NCBI GenBank assembly: GCA_015232855.1
Contig: JADFYW010000002.1
Span: 5,490-69,489, forward strand
Direction: 5' to 3'
DNA: 64,000 nt
Source of the DNA: Fibrobacteria bacterium
GTDB taxonomy: Bacteria > Fibrobacterota > Fibrobacteria > UBA11236 > JADFYW01
Within the stretch, counting starts at the first letter, position 1. Each line of letters starts with the position of its first letter. A program made the translations under genes and the position numbers. The notes under the pieces are model-generated. The model ran no database searches and was not told the origin of the DNA. It saw only the letters and a list, made by a program, of their open reading frames with translations. Below, piece by piece: positions 56,588 through 64,000 of the stretch.

Positions 56588-59179
56588 CTACAAAGATCCT
56601 TTTCTGACTGAAAAGTCCAATTCGTTTTTTCCAGTTGTCACCGATAACTTGTCTCCACTATTTAAAGATCCTTCAATGATCATTTTAGAAACAATCACTT
56701 CGACTTTTCGTCTGAGAACTCTCTTCAGTGGCCTCGCACCATAAACAGGGTCAAAACCTTCTTCTGCCAGCAGGTCTAAAGCTCTATTGTCCATTTCAAG
56801 CTGAATACCTTTATCCGAAAGGCGTTCCTCAAGGCGCTTAAGCTGAATGGTAACAATTTTCCGTATGTGGTCCTTTTCCAGTGCATGAAAAACAACCGTT
56901 TCGTCAACACGGTTAAGAAACTCAGGGCGAAAGTGATGCTTTAATTCACCGAGAACTGTGTTACGGATCTCCTCATAGGACCGTCCCGTATTTTCCACTA
57001 TGTGAGTGCTCCCAATATTGGAGGTCATGATAATGATGGTGTTTTTGAAATTAACCATCCGCCCCTGGGAATCAGTCAATCTTCCATCGTCAAGAATCTG
57101 AAGAAGAATATTGAATACATCGGTATGGGCCTTCTCAATTTCATCAAAAAGGAGGACAGAATAAGGTTTGCGTCTAACGGCTTCAGTTAACTGTCCTCCC
57201 TGATCATAACCAACATAGCCTGGAGGCGCACCGATAAGGCGGGAGACCGCGTGTTTTTCCATATATTCAGACATATCTATTCTAATAATGGCATTTTCAT
57301 CATCAAACAGATTATAGGCCAATGTCCTGGCCAGTTCCGTCTTTCCAACACCTGTTGGGCCAAGGAAAATAAAACTTCCAATAGGCCTCTGTGGGTCTGT
57401 TAATCCCGCCCGTGATTGCAATACTGCATCTGCTACCGCGTCCACAGCCTCATCCTGCCCGATAACACGCTCATGCAGAGACTCATTTAATTTCAGAAGT
57501 TTTTCTCTTTCCCCTTTTATAAGTTTGTTGACCGGAATATGGGTCCATCGGCTGATAATAGCCGCTACATCCTCTTCGGTAACTTCTTCATTCATAAGCC
57601 GATTCTTTCCATCCTTCAGAATGAGTTCAGCTTCAGCAATATCTTTTTCCAGCTTAGGAACCTCGCTATACTGAAGTTCAGCTGCCTTGTTAAGGTCATA
57701 ATCACGCTGGGCTTTTTCTATTTGCGTTTTCACGTCTTCCAGTTGTTCGCGCAATGCCTGGAGGTTGGTTACTTTCTGTTTTTCGTTTTCCCACCGAACC
57801 TTAAGCTCAGTGGTCTTGCCTTTTACCTCGGAGAGAAGTTGTTTCAAATCATTCAGACGAGCTTTTGATGGTTTATCTTTTTCTCTGGTTAGACCCGCTA
57901 TTTCTATTTCGAGCTGCATCTGCTTTCGACTGGCTTCATCCAGTTGAACAGGACTACTGTCCATCTCAGTACGAAGTTTGGCCGCAGCTTCATCTATCAG
58001 GTCAATAGCTTTATCAGGAAGGAACCGGTCAGCAATATATCTATCAGAAAGTACAGCTGCCGCAATCAGAGCCGTGTCCCGAATTTTAACACCATGATGA
58101 ATTTCATACCGTTCATTGAGTCCTCTGAGGATTGAAATAGTATCTTCTACAGTGGGCTGATCTGCAACTACTACCTGAAAACGTCGTTCAAGAGCTTTGT
58201 CCTTTTCAATATACTTGCGGTATTCATCCAAAGTGGTAGCACCAATACAATGCAGCTCACCACGGGCCAGCATGGGTTTGAGGAGATTACCGGCATCCAT
58301 GGATCCCTCTGCGGCACCTGCTCCTACAACAGTGTGCAATTCATCGATAAAAAGAATGATGTTACCTTCAGAAGCGGTTACTTCCTTGAGTACCGCTTTC
58401 AGACGTTCTTCAAATTCCCCCCTGAATTTTGCACCGGCAATAAGCGCGCCCATATCAAGACCTACTAATGTACGGTTTTTAAGCCCATCCGGGACGTCCC
58501 CGTTCACTATCCTCAAAGCCAGACCTTCGACAATTGCTGTTTTGCCCACGCCGGGATCACCGATTAATACAGGATTATTCTTTCTCCTTCTGGACAGTAT
58601 TTGAACAATTCTCCGGATTTCTTCATCCCTTCCAATAACCGGATCCAGTTTCCCTTTTTCGGCTAATTCGGTTAAATTCCGCGCATACTTTTCCAGTGCC
58701 TGAAAGCTACTTTCTGGATCCTGAGAGGTAACCCGCTGATTTCCCCTTAGTGATTTAAGAGCCTCAAAGACCACTTTTTTACTGACACCAGCATTCTCAG
58801 CTATCATTGTACACGACTTATCAATCTCAATAATGGCAAGAAAAAGATGTTCCACACTAACAAAATCATCTTTCATTTTATCAGCGATTTTCCGTGACTC
58901 ATTCAGTACTTTTGAGAAATCCCTCGAAGCATAAACTTGAGACACTCCACTTCCGGATACCACCGGGATTTTCTTCAGTGCCTCAGTTACAACCGTATCA
59001 AAATTTTTCAGCGGTACGCCAAGTTTCCCTATCAATGCAGGAATCAGTCCCTGATCTTGTCTTATAAGGGAAGCCAGTAGATGAAGTGGGCTTATCTCCT
59101 GATTGTTTAGTTCCACAGCCAGCTCATGAGCACTGCTGATTGCTTCCTGTGATTTTATAGTAAGTTTATCTGTATTCAT
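56588..59179 (-). CDS. clpB: ATP-dependent disaggregase ClpB
   Basis: 863 aa with an N-domain, two AAA+ modules ([15 protein letters not shown] and [15 protein letters not shown]) and a long coiled-coil middle domain between them. Confidence 0.95.
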   Translation of the reverse strand: MNTDKLTIKSQEAISSAHELAVELNNQEISPLHLLASLIRQDQGLIPALIGKLGVPLKNFDTVVTEALKKIPVVSGSGVSQVYASRDFSKVLNESRKIADKMKDDFVSVEHLFLAIIEIDKSCTMIAENAGVSKKVVFEALKSLRGNQRVTSQDPESSFQALEKYARNLTELAEKGKLDPVIGRDEEIRRIVQILSRRRKNNPVLIGDPGVGKTAIVEGLALRIVNGDVPDGLKNRTLVGLDMGALIAGAKFRGEFEERLKAVLKEVTASEGNIILFIDELHTVVGAGAAEGSMDAGNLLKPMLARGELHCIGATTLDEYRKYIEKDKALERRFQVVVADQPTVEDTISILRGLNERYEIHHGVKIRDTALIAAAVLSDRYIADRFLPDKAIDLIDEAAAKLRTEMDSSPVQLDEASRKQMQLEIEIAGLTREKDKPSKARLNDLKQLLSEVKGKTTELKVRWENEKQKVTNLQALREQLEDVKTQIEKAQRDYDLNKAAELQYSEVPKLEKDIAEAELILKDGKNRLMNEEVTEEDVAAIISRWTHIPVNKLIKGEREKLLKLNESLHERVIGQDEAVDAVADAVLQSRAGLTDPQRPIGSFIFLGPTGVGKTELARTLAYNLFDDENAIIRIDMSEYMEKHAVSRLIGAPPGYVGYDQGGQLTEAVRRKPYSVLLFDEIEKAHTDVFNILLQILDDGRLTDSQGRMVNFKNTIIIMTSNIGSTHIVENTGRSYEEIRNTVLGELKHHFRPEFLNRVDETVVFHALEKDHIRKIVTIQLKRLEERLSDKGIQLEMDNRALDLLAEEGFDPVYGARPLKRVLRRKVEVIVSKMIIEGSLNSGDKLSVTTGKNELDFSVRKGSL

Positions 59180-59260
59180 TTTAAATCACTACTCCTTCTA
59201 AAAACTCCTGAATCAACATAACCAGCATTGATTCTCCTGTTATTACCTTAACATAACCAG

Positions 59261-59276
59261 AGCAAAGAATATGCCA
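59261..59276 (-). promoter_or_regulatory. sigma-54 (-24/-12) promoter upstream of clpB
   Basis: The minus strand reads TGGCATattctTTGCT (plus strand AGCAAagaatATGCCA) with correct GG-N10-GC spacing. The clpB ATG lies ~83 nt downstream. Confidence 0.7.
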
Positions 59277-59497
59277 TTCGTAACCCACTAGAATAACGGC
59301 CTATTTTCATCAGTTCAGACATATCTAATGACCTGCGGTATATTTACAGCTGTTCTATTATCAGCCTATGTCAAAAAATGAAACCACATAATACCAGCGA
59401 CATCGCGCTTGAACAATAATATTCAACATGATATTGTGCGTAAAAAATCGACCTCTTTTCTGCGCGACTTGCAAAAATCCTACAAGAACTAGTGTAG

Positions 59498-59537
59498 TGT
59501 CCTAAACTGCATGGAATTTAATTTACAATTTAGGACA
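59498..59537 (-). terminator. hairpin immediately downstream of the rimK-cluster M14-like gene
   Basis: TGTCCTAAA-22 nt-TTTAGGACA is a 9-bp perfect stem starting 6 nt after the stop at 59543. It shares the TCCTAAA/TTTAGGA core with the 11007 hairpin. Confidence 0.4.
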
Positions 59538-59542
59538 TACCA

Positions 59543-60556
59543 CTAGTTATTTTGTTCTATAGCATGCTTAACTCGTTTTGAGTTAGAAAAGGTGGCTACA
59601 TGAATCATTGCGTCCCCTTTGTTGACCAGAGGAATGGCACTGATACCAATAACAATCCCACCTACCTCTGCGTTAACTTCAAAAGGATGATTGCCAAATG
59701 GATCGGAGACAATTGCCAGCAACTCCCCGGTTTGAATTTGATCTCCAATTATTTTAACCGTCCGAAATGAGCCACTATGCGGAGCCCGTATCCAATAGCT
59801 ACTCTTCGCAACATACACTTGTGTTAAAGGTTTGTGCAGGCGTGATTTTGTTGGTGGAAGCATTCCAATTTTTCGCATTACTGCCATACAACCTCTTACG
59901 CCTTGTTTTATCACCCTGGCTTCAAATCGAAGGGCTTGACCTCCCTCAAAGAGTAGCGACGTAACCTTTTTTTTACGGGCCGCTTCCCGTAATGAACCAT
60001 CGCGTAATTTTGAATCGATAATCACTGGAACACCAAAACATTTTGCCAACTCGTCTGTATGAGCATCGTCGAGACAAGCTCGAATTTGAGGTAAATTCAC
60101 CCGGTGAATCGCTCCCGTATGTAAATCAATCCCATGAGTACATTTGCTGACAATTTCTTTCATGAAGATGTGAGCAAGCTGAGACCCTAAAGAGCCATTG
60201 GCATGACCAGGAAAACATCGATTGAGATCTCTTCTGTCGGGTAGATAGCGCGACTTGTTATTAAATCCAAATATATTTACCACTGGTACGACGATGAGAG
60301 TGCCTTTTAGTTTTGATAGAATATTTTTTTGTAATATCTGCTTGATGATCTCAACACCGTTAATTTCATCCCCATGAATAGCAGCACTGATAAACATAGT
60401 AGGACCTCTCAATTTACCCCGAATGACTTCAACCGGAATGGTTAACTCTGTAAAGTCAAATAATGCAGCAACGTCAAGATGTACCCGCTTTCGCTCACCA
60501 GGTAGAATTTTTGTATTACCGATTTTCAGGAAATCTTTTTTTGGGGCAGTTTTCAT
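59543..60556 (-). CDS. succinylglutamate desuccinylase/aspartoacylase-family (M14-like) zinc hydrolase
   Basis: AAIHGDEINGVE (H-x-x-E zinc site), RDLNRCFPG and GIDLHTG, plus a C-terminal beta domain. It is the last gene of the rimK cluster. Confidence 0.7.
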   Translation of the reverse strand: MKTAPKKDFLKIGNTKILPGERKRVHLDVAALFDFTELTIPVEVIRGKLRGPTMFISAAIHGDEINGVEIIKQILQKNILSKLKGTLIVVPVVNIFGFNNKSRYLPDRRDLNRCFPGHANGSLGSQLAHIFMKEIVSKCTHGIDLHTGAIHRVNLPQIRACLDDAHTDELAKCFGVPVIIDSKLRDGSLREAARKKKVTSLLFEGGQALRFEARVIKQGVRGCMAVMRKIGMLPPTKSRLHKPLTQVYVAKSSYWIRAPHSGSFRTVKIIGDQIQTGELLAIVSDPFGNHPFEVNAEVGGIVIGISAIPLVNKGDAMIHVATFSNSKRVKHAIEQNN

Positions 60557-60589
60557 TGCATTTATTCCCTATCATAATCAAAATAAATA

Positions 60590-61810
60590 TTAGAGGATGT
60601 CAGGCCCTTGAGTTTGTGCTGCCTCAATATCAGCTTTTTTCAATTTTTTCATTTTCGGTTTACGCCGCTTTCGGGTCTTCTCAGGAATTAATTCTTTCAT
60701 TGATTCCATTTTCCCAAAACACAAAAGGCGGTCCTCGGCTTGTAACAATCGGCTGGATTTTGGATTGGGAATAACTTTCCCTTCTCTATGCAAAGTAAGC
60801 ACATTGATATCTTTTTCTCGGAGTCCTGATTCACTAATGGATTGTTCAACGAGCTCGGCACCTTTGGGAATATAGAGCTCAGTTACACCATATCCTTTGC
60901 TCACCGTGAGCCGCTGGCGCAAATCAATTTCCGGAAAATCCACTTGTGCAGCAATGTAGTCAATCATTGCGCCTGCAACATCGAGTTTTGTACACCCCTC
61001 AACACCTTCTAAACCAGGCGACGAGTTTATCTCCATTATCTGTGGACCATCTTTACCTTCAAGCATATCAACACCAGCGATACCAAGTCCAATAATTTTC
61101 GTTGCCCGTAATGCGGTTTCTATATATTGGTCATCCAGTGTTACCGCTTCAGCAAGCCCTCCCCGATGAACATTGCTGCGAAATTCCTGACCCTGAGCCA
61201 CCCGGCGCATGGCAGCGACCACCTGGTCTCCCACGACTATGGCCCGAATATCTTTTCCTTTGCTTTCGGAAACAAATTTTTGAATAAGCACATTTTGTTT
61301 TTGGCTCTGCAAAAGTTCAATAATTGAAGTTGCGACTTCCAATGTGTGTGCCAGCAAAACCCCAATCCCTTGAGTTCCCTCCAGAAGTTTAATGACAACA
61401 GGTGCACCACCCACACGCTCTATTGCAGGAAGAACATCATTTTTATTTTTTACAAAGGTGGTAGGAGGAATTCCAATTTTATGCCTGCTCATTATTTGAA
61501 GGCTGCGCAGTTTGTCCCGTGAATTTATAATTCCATCGGCTGAATTGGGGCTATAAACGTCCATTTGTTGAAATTGTCTGACCACTGCTGTGCCATAGTA
61601 GGTGATTGAAGTACCAATTCTTGGAAGTATAGCATCAAAATGTCTTATTCTTTTTCCATCATACAACAAGTCTGGGGTTTCTTCTTCCAGATCGATAGCA
61701 AAGCGCAATGTGTTGAGCACCTTGACCTTGTGTTTTCTTTTTTTACCGGCCTCTACCAGACGCCGTGTACTATAGTTATTGGGTTCTTTAGATAATATTG
61801 CAAGTTTCAT
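60590..61810 (-). CDS. rimK: RimK-type ATP-grasp alpha-L-glutamate ligase with C-terminal TrkA_C/RCK_C-like domain and basic tail
   Basis: The ATP-grasp core reads PVVIKLLEGTQGIGV, DIRAIVVGDQVVAAMRR and MEINSSPGLEG. Residues ~300-385 (GAELVEQSISESGLREKDINVLTLHREGKVIPNPKSSRLLQAEDRLLCFGKMESMKEL) fit the TrkA_C pattern. The tail is KTRKRRKPKMKKLKK. Confidence 0.8.
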   Translation of the reverse strand: MKLAILSKEPNNYSTRRLVEAGKKRKHKVKVLNTLRFAIDLEEETPDLLYDGKRIRHFDAILPRIGTSITYYGTAVVRQFQQMDVYSPNSADGIINSRDKLRSLQIMSRHKIGIPPTTFVKNKNDVLPAIERVGGAPVVIKLLEGTQGIGVLLAHTLEVATSIIELLQSQKQNVLIQKFVSESKGKDIRAIVVGDQVVAAMRRVAQGQEFRSNVHRGGLAEAVTLDDQYIETALRATKIIGLGIAGVDMLEGKDGPQIMEINSSPGLEGVEGCTKLDVAGAMIDYIAAQVDFPEIDLRQRLTVSKGYGVTELYIPKGAELVEQSISESGLREKDINVLTLHREGKVIPNPKSSRLLQAEDRLLCFGKMESMKELIPEKTRKRRKPKMKKLKKADIEAAQTQGPDIL

Positions 61811-61818
61811 GTATTCTC

Positions 61819-62259
61819 TTAAGTTAAGTTTCTTTTTCCGTAATAAGAACTGCCGGCATCTACTAAAAATCGCTTTCGAAAACTTTCCCGACCGAGAAGC
61901 ATACGAAAACCCATATCATCACGATTAGTAAGCGTTAATTCAATTGACCAGCAGGCACCAAGCAATTCGATGTTGGTAGAGATGACGGGACGAAGTTCAC
62001 TTTGACCATTTGAGCTTCTAATTTTTCGATGTTCAATGATTTTAGCATTACACGTAACAACGGTTTTGGTCCTGCGTTGAAGAGGAAAAACATTAAAGCG
62101 GGCATAGGACACCCCCTTTTTTTCATATACTTCCAGTTTGTCAGCGTGAATCGAAGAAGAGCGAGCGCCCGTGTCAACCTTGGCTTTTATTTTTTCAATC
62201 CCCAGGTCAGGCAGACAAACCCATTCTCTCCAACCGATAATTTGTACTTTTTTTTTCAC
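61819..62259 (-). CDS. COG4067/PF05618 'ATP-dependent zinc protease'-family (retropepsin-like, RimB-type) protein, paralog 2
   Basis: IIGWREWVCLPDLGIEKIKAKVDTGARSSSIHA...MGFRMLLGRESF. It lies 8 nt upstream of rimK on the same strand. Confidence 0.7.
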   Translation of the reverse strand: MKKKVQIIGWREWVCLPDLGIEKIKAKVDTGARSSSIHADKLEVYEKKGVSYARFNVFPLQRRTKTVVTCNAKIIEHRKIRSSNGQSELRPVISTNIELLGACWSIELTLTNRDDMGFRMLLGRESFRKRFLVDAGSSYYGKRNLT

Positions 62260-62374
62260 TGAATTCGTTTCTACAATACTGCTTGTTGCTTATTACGGTG
62301 CCTTCTCATCACCAATTTAGAATATAGCTATCAAAGCAATAAAACACCAAAATTAACACAAGCTTTGCACGGCT

Positions 62375-63637
62375 TTAAATACCCTCAATCAACCTGGCAG
62401 AAGCTTCTGCAGCTACTTTTTTGAGAATTAGAGTCGCAGTACTATCAGTGGTAACCGTGTCTGTTGGACCAACATTTCCTGTACTCTTAAGAAAGGTGTC
62501 CCCAGATGTATCAACCAGTTCACAGGTGTAGGAAGAGGTTTTCACACTATCTGATTGAGGAACAAAACTCCCCCCTAGTACCAATTCGGCATTTTCTTTT
62601 GTGTCAGTCTTTGTGGCAATATTTTGCTGTACCAGAGCCTCAATTACCAGTTGCAGGAACTCATTTTCTTCTGCCAGATACACAAGAGGTTTTTTACGGG
62701 TAATCGTGAAAGCCCCGGAGAGTTCTTTACTTTGTAGAAAATTCATTCGATTTTTAAAAAAGTACAAATCGGGTGTCGCAGAAACACTCACCTTGCCAAG
62801 GGCAGGACTCAAACCCCTTATACCCACCGGGTAGCGATTCAGAGATAGGGGAAGAGCTCTTCCGGTTACCCCTTTTCCCGAGATATGCCAATTTAAGGTA
62901 AGAGAGGAGTCAGGAAGACTGTCCAGCATCACGGTAACTCCCAGGGTATCGGGGATCTTTTTGCTGCCGCTTAATAGAACATCAGCCGTAACCGGGCGAA
63001 TAAATACTTTACCCAACAATGCGGTTACCAAACCAGGAACGGCTTTATTCAGCACAATGGTAGAATCATTCACAACCGTCTGGAAAGGAACGCCCAGGAA
63101 ATTATCAAGCGCGTTATATGCATTATCCAGAATCAAAAGACGTTCTTTAATACTTCCTTTTTTTGAGGTGGTAAGGGCCTTGGTGCAAACAGCAATGGCC
63201 GAATCAATTTTTGATTTTATGATTTGCCGATATACCGACAAGTCGAGAGTAACCATACACCAGTACACCCCCTTCGGGTCTTTCCAGCTGTCTTTTAGTT
63301 TCCAGTTTTTAAGGATTTCTTTGGTAAGCAGGGTTATTTTTTCTTCAGAGCCTCTATTGAAAGCACCACTTGTTTCATCTTTCGCACTTTTTTCATGGGT
63401 TTTTACTTCTGAAATAATATTCGCCCGAATTTGTTCAGAGATTGATTTAAGAGCTTTTTCAATAGCCTTATCTTTTGACATTTCCTCACTAATACCGATA
63501 TCAGCACTCCCTACTGCAACAAAACAATGGTAGATATCCGGAGGGTTTTTGATCCAGGTAGGAGCACAGCCCGTAAAAAAAAGGCTTAAGCCGAAAAAAA
63601 GTACAACTGAAATAAAAGTTCTGGTGGAGTATATCAT
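62375..63637 (-). CDS. lipoprotein with LPP20-like N-terminal domain
   Basis: Lipobox FFTGC. FVAVGSADIGISEEMSKDKAIEKALKSISEQIRANIISEV resembles LPP20-type domains. The rest is unassigned. Confidence 0.4.
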   Translation of the reverse strand: MIYSTRTFISVVLFFGLSLFFTGCAPTWIKNPPDIYHCFVAVGSADIGISEEMSKDKAIEKALKSISEQIRANIISEVKTHEKSAKDETSGAFNRGSEEKITLLTKEILKNWKLKDSWKDPKGVYWCMVTLDLSVYRQIIKSKIDSAIAVCTKALTTSKKGSIKERLLILDNAYNALDNFLGVPFQTVVNDSTIVLNKAVPGLVTALLGKVFIRPVTADVLLSGSKKIPDTLGVTVMLDSLPDSSLTLNWHISGKGVTGRALPLSLNRYPVGIRGLSPALGKVSVSATPDLYFFKNRMNFLQSKELSGAFTITRKKPLVYLAEENEFLQLVIEALVQQNIATKTDTKENAELVLGGSFVPQSDSVKTSSYTCELVDTSGDTFLKSTGNVGPTDTVTTDSTATLILKKVAAEASARLIEGI

Positions 63638-63788
63638 AAGATACCTTGAGACTACTCGTTAAAACATGAAAAACACTGTTTGTTTTAGAGAATATAATAA
63701 ATGCAGGGCCTTGAATTTGAAGGACCTTTGCCATTTCATTCTCTTAAACCCTATTGACATCAGACGATTCCTAAGGTATACTTAGAAT

Positions 63789-64000
63789 ATGTCTGATCTA
63801 CCGAGAAATTTATTTTCTAAAATTGACAAATTACTCAATTTCTTTCCGGCAGTTCTTATTCTCGGTACCCGCCAGTGCGGAAAGACAACCCTCACAAAAA
63901 TGGTCAGACCCGATTGGGATTATTTTGACCTGGAAAATGGAAAGGATTTTGACAGAATCACCGGTGATTTCGATTTCTTTTTTAAAGAATATCCCAGTCA
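63789..64000 (+). CDS. AAA+ ATPase (DUF4143-type), N-terminal part; 3' end outside window
   Basis: My own translation from the ATG at 63789 gives MSDLPRNLFSKIDKLLNFFPAVLILGTRQCGKTTLTKMVRPDWDYFDLENGKDFDRI... It has a Walker A (GTRQCGKTT) in the context typical of this ATPase family. The frame is open to the window edge. Confidence 0.6.
   Translation, partial: MSDLPRNLFSKIDKLLNFFPAVLILGTRQCGKTTLTKMVRPDWDYFDLENGKDFDRITGDFDFFFKEYPS

Noticed and set aside
62288-62302. GGCAC...GC element upstream of the COG4067-rimK operon (minus strand AGGCACcgtaataaGC)
   Set aside because: GG and GC are separated by 11 nt rather than 10. Sigma-54 promoters are intolerant of this spacing change.
62961-63533. 190-aa plus-strand ORF
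   Set aside because: It is fully nested antisense within the lipoprotein gene 62375-63637 and has a low-complexity S/F/L-rich sequence, so it is most likely spurious.

Overview
AT-biased bacterial chromosomal window with about 39 credible protein genes. I saw no rRNA, tRNA, CRISPR array, transposase or integrase. All product calls come from motifs read in the supplied translations; no database search was possible. Many secreted proteins end in T9SS-type C-terminal sorting domains, one gene looks like a TIGR02147 (Fibrobacter-type) protein, and Shine-Dalgarno sequences are used. Together these suggest an FCB-superphylum, possibly Fibrobacterota-like, organism (low confidence). The window falls into three blocks. 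(1) 1-20.8 kb is almost all minus strand: a treY 3' part, a translationally coupled tamB/Omp85 pair, and a TIGR02147-led run of very large secreted or CTD-bearing proteins. (2) 21-44 kb is patchy and accessory-looking. It holds a radical SAM gene, a REC-PAS-HisKA_2 kinase, an rlmA remnant, a methyltransferase fusion and a DUF234-type ATPase/nuclease bracketed by palindromic repeats. It also holds a visibly GC-richer HelD-like helicase with a T8 frameshift, a hexapeptide-repeat lipoprotein, more CTD cargo, recurrent intergenic repeats and an ABC-F ATPase. (3) 44.5-63.6 kb is a stress/housekeeping block: ptsI-like gene, sigma-54 activator, GT4/GH130-like pair, groES-groEL, clpB, and a COG4067-rimK-M14-like operon. 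The most interesting signal is regulatory. At least five well-formed and two weaker sigma-54 (-24/-12) promoter elements sit in intergenic DNA, each pointing at a start codon. They include near-consensus sites in front of groESL and clpB. A palindrome lies between two divergent sites, and a nearby enhancer-binding protein has a receiver domain that looks degenerate. This suggests an activator-gated, sigma-54-dependent chaperone/proteostasis regulon rather than the classical sigma-32 or HrcA/CIRCE arrangement.
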